This document shows, piece after piece, positions 46,635-57,254 of a DNA stretch of 64,000 bases (position 1 is the first letter of the stretch; each line of letters opens with the position of its first letter). The stretch covers positions 96,001 to 160,000 of IMG/VR virus record IMGVR_UViG_3300028549_001457. One strand, written 5' to 3'. The position numbers were made by a program, and so were the translations under genes. A model generated the notes under the pieces. The model worked only from the letters and a program-made list of their open reading frames with translations, did no database searches and was not told where the DNA came from. The DNA comes from a virus. Taxonomy: Duplodnaviria > Caudoviricetes.

Positions 46635-47520
46635 GACAGTCCAGTCCAATCTAGATCCTCAAGGTTGGAATCTTCCCAATAAGTATGATGACCTGTTACT
46701 GCGCTACCACCCTTTAGAATGGAAGCCCCGTAAGAAAGATGATAAGTTACGGTTGAGTTGGTCCCTACTTAAGAGTGGGCTTCATTGTGCTCGTGCTGCT
46801 ACCTGGGAAGTTTTTCCAGAGCGCTTTGGGATCCCAGAGGATGCCCTTAAATTCACGGATTCATTGGCATCGATCCGAGGAAACTTAGTTCAGACGTTGC
46901 TAGAGCATACCTATGCTCATGAATTTTTAAAGTTACCCCCTGAGGACCTAATTCTAGCACTCCAGGCTAGTTGGAGATGGGGTGTATCTTTTTATAAACC
47001 CCTAAATACAGTCTCTCCAAAAGAACTTCTATCTTTAAGGGTTGAGATATTTTCGACGTTGCCTAAAATATTTGATACTATGAATACCCATGGATTGTGG
47101 GCTTCGCATCAAGAGGTTGAAAAGGCTCTCTGGTGGGATATGCACTCACTTCCAGGGGTTCGGCTCACGGGTAAAGCAGACTTTGTTCTGTGTGATCCAG
47201 GTAACATGACGTTGATTGATGGAAAGTGGGTTGGGAATCCCTCCTACCTGGATGCCCGTCAGTTGGGATTTTATGCTCTTATCCTATCCAAGATGACTGG
47301 TAAGATCCCTCAAAGAGCACTCTTTTGGCTATACCCTCAGGGTCGGATTCTAGATTTTTCCGCAGATGTTCTCACACCAGCCTTTTTTCAATTGGTTTTG
47401 CAGGATGCTTCTAAGGTGGCTACTCAAATTAGATCTCTTGATGATACACCCCACGCATCCTCATATAATTGTAAGTGGTGTAAGCACCGAGATATCTGCC
47501 CTGACGCGGTCAGAAAATAG
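46621..47520 (+). CDS. PD-(D/E)XK nuclease, Cas4/RecB-like with probable Fe-S staple
   Basis: LSWS..LHC, RGNLVQ, LTGKADFV, LIDGKW, QLGFYA, CKWCKHRDIC. Confidence 0.85.
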   Translation: MALRETVQSNLDPQGWNLPNKYDDLLLRYHPLEWKPRKKDDKLRLSWSLLKSGLHCARAATWEVFPERFGIPEDALKFTDSLASIRGNLVQTLLEHTYAHEFLKLPPEDLILALQASWRWGVSFYKPLNTVSPKELLSLRVEIFSTLPKIFDTMNTHGLWASHQEVEKALWWDMHSLPGVRLTGKADFVLCDPGNMTLIDGKWVGNPSYLDARQLGFYALILSKMTGKIPQRALFWLYPQGRILDFSADVLTPAFFQLVLQDASKVATQIRSLDDTPHASSYNCKWCKHRDICPDAVRK

Positions 47521-47585
47521 GTCGTAAGAGCTTACCATCTTTGTATCTACTTTAGCCACCTAGATAGGTGTCCATCTAATATTTT

Positions 47586-48041
47586 ATGGTGATGATTATG
47601 ACTCCTCAAGAACTTAGTGACTATCAAACTTCGCAACTAGCCGAACTAGATACTCAGTTGGCTGTGTGGGGGCAGAGGCTCCAACTTTTGGATCAGCAAA
47701 TCTCCTCGGTCCAACAGACCATCTCGGATTCCCTACTTCAGTTGAGGGGGCATCTAAATAATCTAGTTGTTGCCGCTGATGAGTGGCTGGCCCAAGCCTC
47801 CCAAGATAACAGCACCCCTCCTGATCTTCTCACGCGAGTATCCGCGCTTAAGGCTAGGGTCCTTCAGCTTGGGCAGGTGTCTGATGAAACAGATGCAGCT
47901 ACATTACTCAACATTGCTGATGACCTTCAGAGTATCTCTGGTGATTTGCTTCAAAACCTAACTCAGCAGGCTTCTGTTTTTGCCACCGCCCTTGATCAGG
48001 CTGCAAATGACCTAGCCACACACTACGGAATCCAAATCTAA
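47586..48041 (+). CDS. Coiled-coil hypothetical protein
   Basis: Gln/Leu/Asp-rich heptads; start may be 47598. Confidence 0.65.
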   Translation: MVMIMTPQELSDYQTSQLAELDTQLAVWGQRLQLLDQQISSVQQTISDSLLQLRGHLNNLVVAADEWLAQASQDNSTPPDLLTRVSALKARVLQLGQVSDETDAATLLNIADDLQSISGDLLQNLTQQASVFATALDQAANDLATHYGIQI

Positions 48042-48053
48042 CTAGAGGGATCT

Positions 48054-49214
48054 GTGGAAACGACCATCCAAGTTTCAGCTAGACTGTTTACTCAGGCTGC
48101 TTGTATTGCTAAACTAACTGCACTTCAGGGTTCTGGGACTCATACACTTGAGAATACTCTTGTAAGAGTCTACCACGATTCCATCAGATTAACATCCACT
48201 TGTGAGTTGCTGGCAAGTGATGTAAGGGTTCCCCTAGATATAGAACTCCCCGATTTTGAGGGGGACCCATACTCGTTTCTTGTAAAACCCGCAGCGCTAT
48301 TTGATTTAGCGGGGGTTTCCTCAGATGCTTTGTTTATCTTTAGTGTTAACTCAGACAAACATTCGCTAACACTAAAAACATCTAAATCATCTCTTACACT
48401 TCCCATTAGAGGTTCAGAAGATTGGCCTGATATTGATGATAGATTGGTTCCCGACACAGTTGTTACCCCCCAAGATATTGATAAGGGAGGCCTTAAAGAA
48501 GCTATTAGATACTCAAAATACTTTATGGCATCTACACAGGATCCAGCTATGAATCTCATTGAGATTCGGAATAATTTTGCGATAGCTACCGATAGGGCCA
48601 AATTTGGGTTTCTGGAGATACCTGCCCTTCAGGGTGTAAGATTTAAGTTGCCGGGGGACCAGCTAGCCTCCCTCGACAAAATTATAGATGCTTTCCCAGA
48701 GCCTAGTATATCTCTTACATCTACGGCTTCCTACACGCTATTTACAATAGATACGCCTTTTCATGCAGTTGTAGGTTTCTTAAAGTGTATGGCATCCTTG
48801 CCAGAAGGTTTTGATAAAGTACCCCTAGCTAATGAACCTGAGCATTTTAGAATGGACCTAGTAGATCTCTCTAAATCACTTGCTAGGCTTGCTATTGTTT
48901 GCTCTAAGCTTGACCCACGGGTTAAATTTGAGGTCTCAGGAGCGTCTGGGGACTCTTCGGTTACAATATCAACTATAAATGAAACTGGGCATGAGTCCAA
49001 AGAATCCGTTTCGGTATTTCGAGTTTCTGGAGGTCCCCAAAAAAATTCTATTGTTGTGCCTCTCTCCACAATTCAGAAAGCTCTCAAGCTTCTAAGTGGC
49101 ACGGTAGTTCATCTAAAAATAGGGGCTGGATCTAAATATTTAAAATTTGTGAATCAAACCTCTTCTTCGACTTCTTACAGTGTATTTCAATCTTTAGGTA
49201 GTCTGGCCCCCTGA
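48054..49214 (+). CDS. dnaN: DNA polymerase III beta sliding clamp-like protein
   Basis: 386 aa, three-domain beta-rich layout; TLENTL, EDWPDI, AIATDRAKF, SKSLARLAI. Confidence 0.8.
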   Translation: METTIQVSARLFTQAACIAKLTALQGSGTHTLENTLVRVYHDSIRLTSTCELLASDVRVPLDIELPDFEGDPYSFLVKPAALFDLAGVSSDALFIFSVNSDKHSLTLKTSKSSLTLPIRGSEDWPDIDDRLVPDTVVTPQDIDKGGLKEAIRYSKYFMASTQDPAMNLIEIRNNFAIATDRAKFGFLEIPALQGVRFKLPGDQLASLDKIIDAFPEPSISLTSTASYTLFTIDTPFHAVVGFLKCMASLPEGFDKVPLANEPEHFRMDLVDLSKSLARLAIVCSKLDPRVKFEVSGASGDSSVTISTINETGHESKESVSVFRVSGGPQKNSIVVPLSTIQKALKLLSGTVVHLKIGAGSKYLKFVNQTSSSTSYSVFQSLGSLAP

Positions 49215-49222
49215 GGATACTG

Positions 49223-49888
49223 ATGGAATTAAATGTATCTGAACTAATTAAGTTAACTGGGGCTAAGTCTGCACAGTGGGTGTCTGCTCATAAGATTTAC
49301 CAGCACCAATTGGACACACTTGATGAGCAAATCTCGCTTTTGACCCAAGAATCAGCCACGTTAGCCTCCGCTGAAAAAGTCCTGTCTGATATCATCGCTC
49401 ATTGTTCAGCGGAAACTAAAAATAATATTGAAGCGTTTTTATCATTATCCCTTCAACAAATCTTTAACAACCCTGATATATTTATTGAGCTACTTCAGGA
49501 AGTTAAACGTGATCGGGTTGAGACTCAAATTATTTTGCATGAAGGTGATATTGTAGGCCCCCCCGCAAAGATTTCGGGGGGAGGGGTCCAGAACGTCCTT
49601 GGGTTCCTGTTAAGGTTTTTAGCACTTCGAAGAATGCATCTAAAGCCCCTATTGATACTAGATGAGGCGTTTCGTAATGTTAGTGTAAATCACCTCGATG
49701 CTTTGTGTTCCTTTCTAAAGCACCTCACGGAGGATCACAACCTATCTATTCTATTAGTAACCCATGAGCCCTCATTTATGCGGATAGCTAACTCGGTGTA
49801 TGAGGTTACTAAGACTGCGTCTGAGGGACTTAGAATTCTTAAACATAGGCACCCACAGCCTCTTGTTTGTGCTCAGGAGGTTTTATGA
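49223..49888 (+). CDS. Rad50/SbcC-like ATPase, C-terminal half
   Basis: Coiled coil then signature ISGGG, Walker B LILDE, H-loop LVTHE; no Walker A. Confidence 0.85.
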   Translation: MELNVSELIKLTGAKSAQWVSAHKIYQHQLDTLDEQISLLTQESATLASAEKVLSDIIAHCSAETKNNIEAFLSLSLQQIFNNPDIFIELLQEVKRDRVETQIILHEGDIVGPPAKISGGGVQNVLGFLLRFLALRRMHLKPLLILDEAFRNVSVNHLDALCSFLKHLTEDHNLSILLVTHEPSFMRIANSVYEVTKTASEGLRILKHRHPQPLVCAQEVL

Positions 49889-50466
49889 CTGTAGTGGGGT
49901 CCTCTGAAGCCCTCATAAGGCTTATTGAGATTGAATTAGTTAACCAATTCCAGCGATTCTTAAAAAAGCACTCCGGTAAGAGCCCTAAAACTTGTAGGTT
50001 TAACTCGATTACACCTACTCCAGATGGTGGGTATATACGGATTTGTAGATGTCCTGTGGTAAACTCCCCCTCACCTAAAATATCTGCTGCGGTAGCTTCC
50101 GTAGCGGGTAAGCCCTGCACCACATTAGCTCATGCCAAGCGATGTCCTGTGTATCAACATTATACGGGGGTTTCGGAGTCTGAGGTAACTCAGGCTCTTA
50201 TTGATGACTTTTTCAGTAGGATCATGGACCCAGGTAGGAGGTCTACATCCTTTAAAACTCTTCATACTCTATGGATTCTTCTTCACGAAAATATGACGTT
50301 CAAATTATCCTTGGGGACTCGTATTCACCTTAGAATCCTCAGTGTGCTATTTAAGCGGAAGTATCTTGCGTATATGTTAAAATCAACCCCCCAAGCTGAT
50401 TATGAATGGGATTCCCTTACCCGTAATTTTAACTTTGTATTAACTAATGAACTGCCAAGGAGATAA
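49885..50466 (+). CDS. Cys-containing hypothetical protein
   Basis: SD AGGAGG and ATGA overlap support ATG 49885. Confidence 0.65.
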   Translation: MTVVGSSEALIRLIEIELVNQFQRFLKKHSGKSPKTCRFNSITPTPDGGYIRICRCPVVNSPSPKISAAVASVAGKPCTTLAHAKRCPVYQHYTGVSESEVTQALIDDFFSRIMDPGRRSTSFKTLHTLWILLHENMTFKLSLGTRIHLRILSVLFKRKYLAYMLKSTPQADYEWDSLTRNFNFVLTNELPRR

Positions 50467-52165
50467 CTTGTTTTCTAACATACTCACAAAAACGGAAGCT
50501 AAGGATGCACTCACGAGAGGGATTGACAAGCTTGCAGATGCTGTGCAAGTCACACTTGGCCCTAAAGGTCGCAATGTTATTCTTCGTCATCTTCATGGTC
50601 AGGTGAGGATTACCAAGGATGGTGTTTCCGTGGCTAGGCATATTACTCTTCAGGATGCCGCCGAGGATGCTGGGGCAACCCTCCTTAAAGAGTGTGCTAA
50701 TAAGACCGCTGATGACGCAGGGGATGGGACTACAACTGCGACTATTCTGGCTAGGCATATTTATCGTAAGGGTCTAGAAATCTCTCATGAGAATACTGAT
50801 CTTAACGTAGTGCAATTCCAAAGAGGGATCACAGATGCAGCCGTAGACGTATGTTCTTCATTGAACTCTATGGCTACCCCAGTTACTTCGGAGGATCAAA
50901 TCACCTCTATTGCTACGATTTCTGCTAACGGAGATACCGTCATTGGAGGTTTGTTATCCGAGGTTATCTCCCAGGTTGGGCGGGATGGATTTATTACCAT
51001 TGAGGACAGCCCCTCTACCAAAACTTCTTATACCATTACCCCAGGAGCTGAGCTTGAGAGTGGGTATCTTCACCCTGTTTTTGTGGCGAATACCGAGAGA
51101 GATGAGACGCACTTCGAGAACTGTCTTGTAATGACGCTGGATAAAAAAATAAATGGTGCGGCGGATCTTCGCCAAATACTTAGTCTTCTTCAGTATACCT
51201 CCGCTGTGAGTAAGCCTTTGTTAGTCTTTTGTCATGACATTGGAGAAGAAGCTATTGTGCAGGTAGCCGGGAATATTTCCAAGGGCCTCATTAAGCTTTG
51301 TGCGGTTAAGGCACCTGGGTTTGCTACCAAGCGAAGTGAATCTCTAGGCGATATTGCTGCACTAGTTTCCTCGAAGCTTCTCGATGAAGCGGCTCTCGCT
51401 GGGTTAGTAGAATCCGCTCAATTGTTCCATGCTGATAAACCTTCTGATTGGGCTAACTTTCAGGGGCTTGACTATCTGGGATTTTGTGACTCCGCCACCG
51501 TTACTCGTGATAAAACTACACTTGTATGCAATTCAGATATTGATGATGAGTCCCCACTTGGGAAGCGTATTTCCCTTTTGAGGCACCTCATTGAAAATTC
51601 AGGGTCTGAGTATGATACTGAGCAGCTTAAGCGTAGGTTAGCTAAGCTAGTAAGTGGCATTGCAGTTATCCATGTTGGTGCGGATACTGAGCCAGAACAG
51701 CAAGAGCTAAAAGATCGCGTGGAGGATGCGCTACACGCTACCCAGGCGGCTATTGCTGAGGGTGTCCTCCCTGGTGGCGGTGCTGCATTGTATCATTTGA
51801 AGTCTTCTTTTAAACCTTCCACAACACGGTCTGCTTCCTATGATCTAGGATATGATCTACTTATAGGTTCCTTGGACTTACCCATTCGAACTATTCTAGG
51901 AAATGCTGGGTTTTCCCCCGAGATTGTTCTAGATAGACTAGCTACATTTGTTAATGTGGATTCTTCTGTACCCGCTCATGAGTTCGGTATTGATGCGGAA
52001 TCTGGGGACATTCGGAATTTCATGGAAGCAGGCATCCTGGACCCACTTCGGGTTACTAAGTCTGCTCTTACTAATGCTGCTTCTATTGCTGGAGTGCTGT
52101 TGACTACTGAGGGATTGGTATGGCATCAAGAACTGCCATCACTTCTTGATGGCCTTCAATCCTAA
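50447..52165 (+). CDS. groL: GroEL-like chaperonin
   Basis: TLGPKGRNV, ITKDGVSVA, AGDGTTTAT, KAPGF, EGVLPGGG, GILDP; no GGM tail. Confidence 0.95.
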   Translation: MNCQGDNLFSNILTKTEAKDALTRGIDKLADAVQVTLGPKGRNVILRHLHGQVRITKDGVSVARHITLQDAAEDAGATLLKECANKTADDAGDGTTTATILARHIYRKGLEISHENTDLNVVQFQRGITDAAVDVCSSLNSMATPVTSEDQITSIATISANGDTVIGGLLSEVISQVGRDGFITIEDSPSTKTSYTITPGAELESGYLHPVFVANTERDETHFENCLVMTLDKKINGAADLRQILSLLQYTSAVSKPLLVFCHDIGEEAIVQVAGNISKGLIKLCAVKAPGFATKRSESLGDIAALVSSKLLDEAALAGLVESAQLFHADKPSDWANFQGLDYLGFCDSATVTRDKTTLVCNSDIDDESPLGKRISLLRHLIENSGSEYDTEQLKRRLAKLVSGIAVIHVGADTEPEQQELKDRVEDALHATQAAIAEGVLPGGGAALYHLKSSFKPSTTRSASYDLGYDLLIGSLDLPIRTILGNAGFSPEIVLDRLATFVNVDSSVPAHEFGIDAESGDIRNFMEAGILDPLRVTKSALTNAASIAGVLLTTEGLVWHQELPSLLDGLQS

Positions 52166-52186
52166 CGATTTTTTACTATAGTTCCT

Positions 52187-52223
52187 AAAGAGCAACCACA
52201 TAAATTTCTGTGGTTGCTCTTTT
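52187..52223 (+). terminator. Intrinsic terminator
   Basis: AAAGAGCAACCACA-TAAATTTC-TGTGGTTGCTCTTT then T. Confidence 0.8.
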
Positions 52224-52276
52224 AATGGGGGGCTTTAAGAATCCTCTTTCTATAGAGAGTCGTTTTAGGAGCTATC

Positions 52277-54733
52277 GTGGCCGAACTTAGAAAAGATACT
52301 TCTTATGCTGGTATTGCAGCACCAACTGATTTAAGGGAACCTGTTGATAACCTAGATGCTGTAAATAAGCTTTACGCTGACACCCATGTAGCGGGACTCC
52401 CCGTTACAATGACTTCTCCCACCCCTCAGGGGGGTGAATCGTTAGCATGGGATGCCACGACAAGTAGGTGGGTGCTTAGTCATGTTGCAATTGGAGCCCA
52501 AGGACCTCAGGGACCTCAGGGTATCCAGGGTGAAGTTGGTCCCATAGGCCCCGCTGGGGCAGTTGGGTCTATAGGCCCCGAGGGGCCTCAGGGCATTCAA
52601 GGCTCCCAGGGTATCCAGGGTGAGGTTGGTCCTGTAGGCCCAGAAGGGCCTCAAGGACCCATTGGTCCACAGGGTATTGAAGGTCCACAGGGTCCTGAAG
52701 GGCCACAGGGTCTCCAGGGTCCTACCGGGGATGCATTTATTATTGCCAAAACATACCCATCCATTGCTTCATTATTAGCAGATACGGCTCCAGATGTTAT
52801 TTTACCAGGACAGTTTGCTGTTATTGATACTGGCAACGTAAATGATGCCGACAATGCTCGGGTATACCTCTGGAATGGGTCCACCTATCAATATATTTTT
52901 GATATGTCTGGGGAAGTCGGTATTCAGGGTGCTACCGGACCTCAGGGTATTCAAGGACCTCAGGGTATCCAAGGACCCACAGGCCCCGCTGGGGCTGATG
53001 GTGTTAATGGGTCTCAAGGCCCCGCTGGGGCAGATGGAACTAATGGAGTTGACGGTGCAGTTGGCCCCCAGGGACCCATTGGATTGACTGGGCCTGAAGG
53101 TATTCAGGGACCTCAGGGTCCCGTAGGCCCCGCAGGACCTGAGGGTATCCAAGGTCCTTTAGGTCCCCAAGGCCCCGCTGGGGCAGACGGAACTAATGGT
53201 GTTGATGGCGTTGATGGTGCAGTTGGACCCCAGGGTCCTATTGGTCTAACGGGTCCGGAAGGCCCCGCTGGGGCTGACGGAACTAATGGTGTTGATGGTA
53301 AGTCAGCTTATGAAGTTGCGGTAGATGGAGGCTTTGTTGGGACAGAATCTGCATGGATTCTATCATTACAAGGTCCCCAAGGCCCCGCTGGGGCAGACGG
53401 AACTAATGGTGTTGATGGCGTTGATGGTGCAGTTGGACCCCAGGGTCCTATTGGTCTAACGGGTCCTGCTGGTGCTGATGGGTCTCAAGGCCCCGCTGGG
53501 GCAGATGGCGTTGATGGTGCAGTTGGACCCCAGGGTCCCATTGGTCTAACTGGGTCCAGTGCATATGAGCTTGCAGTTGCTCAAGGCTACGTTGGTGATC
53601 TGACTTCATGGTTAGCTTCTTTAAATGGCAACACAGGGCTAGGAGCCTATGAGTATTTTGTAGCCTCTCTACCTAATGGGGCACCTATTCCTACCGTGGA
53701 TGCTTGGTTAGCATCCCTTAAGGGTGAGACAGGCTCACAAGGTATTCAGGGAGAGGTTGGTCCCACAGGCCCCGCTGGGGCAGATGGTGTTGATGGAGCC
53801 ATTGGACCTCAGGGTATTCAAGGTATTCAGGGTGAAGTTGGTCCCACAGGCCCCGCTGGGGCAGATGGCGTTGATGGAGCTATTGGACCTCAGGGTATTC
53901 AGGGTGAAGTTGGTCCCACAGGCCCCGCTGGGGCAGATGGTCTAACTACTTCTGTTAATGGGGTTTCTCAAATTGCTGGTGAGATTACCCTAACAACTGA
54001 CAATATCTCTGATGCCACCTCCACCAATAAATATGTAACTGCAGCTTTAAAAACTAACTATGACACAGCCTACGAATATTCTCAGGCTGTTCAGATTGCT
54101 CATGAGGTGACTCGCTACCAGATCCATTTCAATACAGGGCTGGCTGTTTGGGCTACTAGTGCTTCTAGAGCATGGGCTAACGTAGCTTGGACTCGGACGG
54201 GAACTAGCATGACGTTGAATCATGCGGCACATGGTCATTCTGTAGGGAGTCGTGTTCTCGTAAAAGAATCAAATGTTGAGTTTATAAACGCCCTTATTGT
54301 TTCGGTAGCCACCGATTCGTTCACAATAGCCTGTGCGGATTCTGGAGCAGCTAGTGGCCTTTGTGTCTATACCATTGGGGTTACGTATACTCAAACGGGG
54401 TCTGATTCGGCTGTTTCTGGTGGCACTATCTCTGTTCCCTCTTCTGCTAAATCACTAGTTATTCAACATTTACAGATTCAATCTGGTGCAAATACTAGAG
54501 CTTCCAACTCGTATACGTTAGTTCTTCCTGCAAACGGAGCCAACTTGGGCGCGGGGGATAACACAAATATTGGGAACTTTATAGTCCCAACCCATTGGGT
54601 TAGGCAGGACGCTGACTCCCTTAGTGGAGTCGCGGCAACCCTAGTTAGAAATTATGGTGGTTCATACAACACTCTTCAAGTAGCCGCCTTGCCTGTTGCT
54701 GCAACTGGCGTCTATATTGCCCTCATCTTTTAA
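52277..54733 (+). CDS. Collagen-like (Gly-X-Y) fibre protein
   Basis: Long GPQ/GPA/GAD triplet runs interrupted by SAYE..W..SL.G motifs; beta-rich C-terminal domain. Confidence 0.9.
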   Translation: MAELRKDTSYAGIAAPTDLREPVDNLDAVNKLYADTHVAGLPVTMTSPTPQGGESLAWDATTSRWVLSHVAIGAQGPQGPQGIQGEVGPIGPAGAVGSIGPEGPQGIQGSQGIQGEVGPVGPEGPQGPIGPQGIEGPQGPEGPQGLQGPTGDAFIIAKTYPSIASLLADTAPDVILPGQFAVIDTGNVNDADNARVYLWNGSTYQYIFDMSGEVGIQGATGPQGIQGPQGIQGPTGPAGADGVNGSQGPAGADGTNGVDGAVGPQGPIGLTGPEGIQGPQGPVGPAGPEGIQGPLGPQGPAGADGTNGVDGVDGAVGPQGPIGLTGPEGPAGADGTNGVDGKSAYEVAVDGGFVGTESAWILSLQGPQGPAGADGTNGVDGVDGAVGPQGPIGLTGPAGADGSQGPAGADGVDGAVGPQGPIGLTGSSAYELAVAQGYVGDLTSWLASLNGNTGLGAYEYFVASLPNGAPIPTVDAWLASLKGETGSQGIQGEVGPTGPAGADGVDGAIGPQGIQGIQGEVGPTGPAGADGVDGAIGPQGIQGEVGPTGPAGADGLTTSVNGVSQIAGEITLTTDNISDATSTNKYVTAALKTNYDTAYEYSQAVQIAHEVTRYQIHFNTGLAVWATSASRAWANVAWTRTGTSMTLNHAAHGHSVGSRVLVKESNVEFINALIVSVATDSFTIACADSGAASGLCVYTIGVTYTQTGSDSAVSGGTISVPSSAKSLVIQHLQIQSGANTRASNSYTLVLPANGANLGAGDNTNIGNFIVPTHWVRQDADSLSGVAATLVRNYGGSYNTLQVAALPVAATGVYIALIF
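53161..53466 (+). repeat. Exact 96-bp direct repeat within the collagen region
   Basis: 53161-53256 equals 53371-53466. Confidence 0.85.
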
Positions 54734-54742
54734 GGAGACTAT

Positions 54743-57223
54743 ATGTCCCGTATTATCAATGGTGTTTTATCTATCCCCGCGTTCACCCCTACTGTAACAC
54801 CGGGGGAGTATACTTTTAGTAATGCAGCATATACCAATCAGTCTGATATTGCTGGGAATGGGACAAGTGAACTGGCAGTTGGCTACATTTTAATAGTCCC
54901 AGCCAGTGATACCATTAACTTCAATATGATTCCTGGGGTTGCTCATAGGTATAAATTGACATCCTTAACTATTGAAGATAGTAGCCACGTTGCAGGCACT
55001 ATGATATGGGATGAAGATGGGGCTGAGATTGATAGCCCCACCGGGAATTCACTGGTACTTATCTCCGAGCCCACGACTCATTATAAGTTTGCGCTGCCCG
55101 TCTCAGATACTGTTTACTCAGGGCTAGCTTCTGGTATCACTACTGCCGCTCAAGCAATTGATCTGCAGCAAAAAATTGATACTGTAGGTACGGATTGGGA
55201 TGTGATTTCCAATCACCCCACTTCTCTGAGTGGGTATGGCATTTTAGATGAGGTGGTTTTAAACACTGAGCTACAAACAGAGGTCACCGCTAGGATAGAT
55301 GGTGATTTAGCCGAAGCAGCTTCTCGTGACGCCGCTATCCTGGTTGAGACTACTAATAGAATCTCTGCTATTAATGCTGAGATTACAGCCCGTCAGAATG
55401 CTGTAGCCTCTGAAATGACTGCCCGTCAAGATGCTGATGCCGCTGAAGTAACTGCTCGTAACTCAGCTATTTCTACAGCAATTGATACTGAGGTTTCTGC
55501 CCGTAATTCAGCTATTTCTACCGCAATTGATACTGAAGTAACTGCCCGTAATGCTGCCATTGCCGTGGAAACGACTGCTAGGCAGGATGCCCTTCTGCTA
55601 AAAGTTGATTCAAGTCTACTGGCTGTCAGTAATGGTGTTGCCACTTTGGATGCTGGCGGAAAACTTCTAACATCCCAGATCCCCGCATCCCTCCTAGGGG
55701 GGATGTCTTACCAGGGCATGTGGAATGCTACCACGAATGAACCTGTAATTCCTGCCGCTGATGCTGCAAATAAGGGCTACTATTATATTGTTAGTGTTGG
55801 AGGGACTACCCCTATAGATGGTGGCGCAGATTGGCAACCTACTGATTGGATTGTTTCAGATGGTGCTGCCTGGGTTAAAATCGATAATACCGATAAGGTT
55901 AGCTCAATTAATGGACAAATTGGTATTGTTACCCTTGATACAGATGACATCGATGAGGGTGCCACAAACCAGTATTTCACAGCACTTCGCCATGACTACA
56001 CTACACTGGCAAACGTTCCTACTACCTTTGCTCCCGCTGCCCATAATCAGGACTGGAGCACAATCGATAACGTTCCGACTACATTTACCCCCGCAGCCCA
56101 CGACCAAGCGTGGTCTACTATTACGAATACCCCCACCAGCATTTCTGGGTATGGTATTCTTGATACGATCACAAATACAGTTAATGGAGCTAGTGGAACC
56201 GTAACGCTTGATACGGATGACGTCTCTGAGGGGTCAACTAACCAGTATTTCACCTCGCTACGCCATGACTACTCCACCCTATTAAATATTCCTTCTGTAT
56301 TTACTCCGGATGCTCACAATCAGGACTGGAGCACAATCGATAATAAGCCTACCCTGACCAATACAGTCAATGGGGAAAGCGGGGATGTCACCTTAACTAC
56401 AAGTGAGATCACAGAAGGATCTAACAAGTATTTCACTGAAGCTAAGGCCCTGGCAACCATCCTAGCTGGTTTGGATGTCAATACCTCTGGTGCTGTGACT
56501 TCTGCAGATTCTATTCTGTCAGCTATTGGTAAACTGGTGGCTGATGCCGCTGCTCAGGCTGTTGCGGCTGCGTCCCCTGCAACCGTGTTTCAGGCTACCT
56601 CTCGATACCAAGTTGTGACAACTACTGGTCAGGAGGTATGGGTCCACAGTTCTTCCAAGGCTTACGGGAACCTTTCGTGGGCTCGAACTGGAACCACTTT
56701 GGTGGTAAACCACCCCGCTCATGGGCATGTTGCTGGGGAACGTGTGATTCTTCGCAATGTGAATGTAGATTATCTGTGTGTTCTGATTAACTCGGTTGCC
56801 ACCGATACCTACACCGTAACTTGCGTAGATTCAGGTGCGACCAGTGGTTCCAGCGCTAACTATAGCATGGGGTTCACCTATGCTCATAATACCTCAACCC
56901 CTGGGTCTATCACTTCGGGCACACTCTCGGCTCCTAGTAATGAAAATGTGCAATTAATTTCTGCCCGTATTCATTTAGCCGGGAATACCCGATCCACTAC
57001 TACTTATGACTTAATTGCCCCGGCTTCTGCAACTAACGGGGTTGGAGCTAATGCAGATCAGGGATCCACGTATATCCCCATGCATTCCGTGCGCTCTGAT
57101 GGTGATTCGCTCTCTGGTATTGCAGGTGCTATTGCTATGCATGCTTCATCTAACTGGGGACGGTTCCAACTAAGCAACCTTGGTGTTGCTAGCAACGGTA
57201 TCTTCATTCTTCTGCAGTTCTAA
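54743..57223 (+). CDS. Modular fibre protein
   Basis: E.TAR coiled coil, ATLDAGGK..YQGMW module, repeated VNG..G.VTL.T..EG..N.YFT units. Confidence 0.85.
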   Translation: MSRIINGVLSIPAFTPTVTPGEYTFSNAAYTNQSDIAGNGTSELAVGYILIVPASDTINFNMIPGVAHRYKLTSLTIEDSSHVAGTMIWDEDGAEIDSPTGNSLVLISEPTTHYKFALPVSDTVYSGLASGITTAAQAIDLQQKIDTVGTDWDVISNHPTSLSGYGILDEVVLNTELQTEVTARIDGDLAEAASRDAAILVETTNRISAINAEITARQNAVASEMTARQDADAAEVTARNSAISTAIDTEVSARNSAISTAIDTEVTARNAAIAVETTARQDALLLKVDSSLLAVSNGVATLDAGGKLLTSQIPASLLGGMSYQGMWNATTNEPVIPAADAANKGYYYIVSVGGTTPIDGGADWQPTDWIVSDGAAWVKIDNTDKVSSINGQIGIVTLDTDDIDEGATNQYFTALRHDYTTLANVPTTFAPAAHNQDWSTIDNVPTTFTPAAHDQAWSTITNTPTSISGYGILDTITNTVNGASGTVTLDTDDVSEGSTNQYFTSLRHDYSTLLNIPSVFTPDAHNQDWSTIDNKPTLTNTVNGESGDVTLTTSEITEGSNKYFTEAKALATILAGLDVNTSGAVTSADSILSAIGKLVADAAAQAVAAASPATVFQATSRYQVVTTTGQEVWVHSSSKAYGNLSWARTGTTLVVNHPAHGHVAGERVILRNVNVDYLCVLINSVATDTYTVTCVDSGATSGSSANYSMGFTYAHNTSTPGSITSGTLSAPSNENVQLISARIHLAGNTRSTTTYDLIAPASATNGVGANADQGSTYIPMHSVRSDGDSLSGIAGAIAMHASSNWGRFQLSNLGVASNGIFILLQF

Positions 57224-57254
57224 GCTCTAATTAGGAAACCACTGGAGTAATAAC

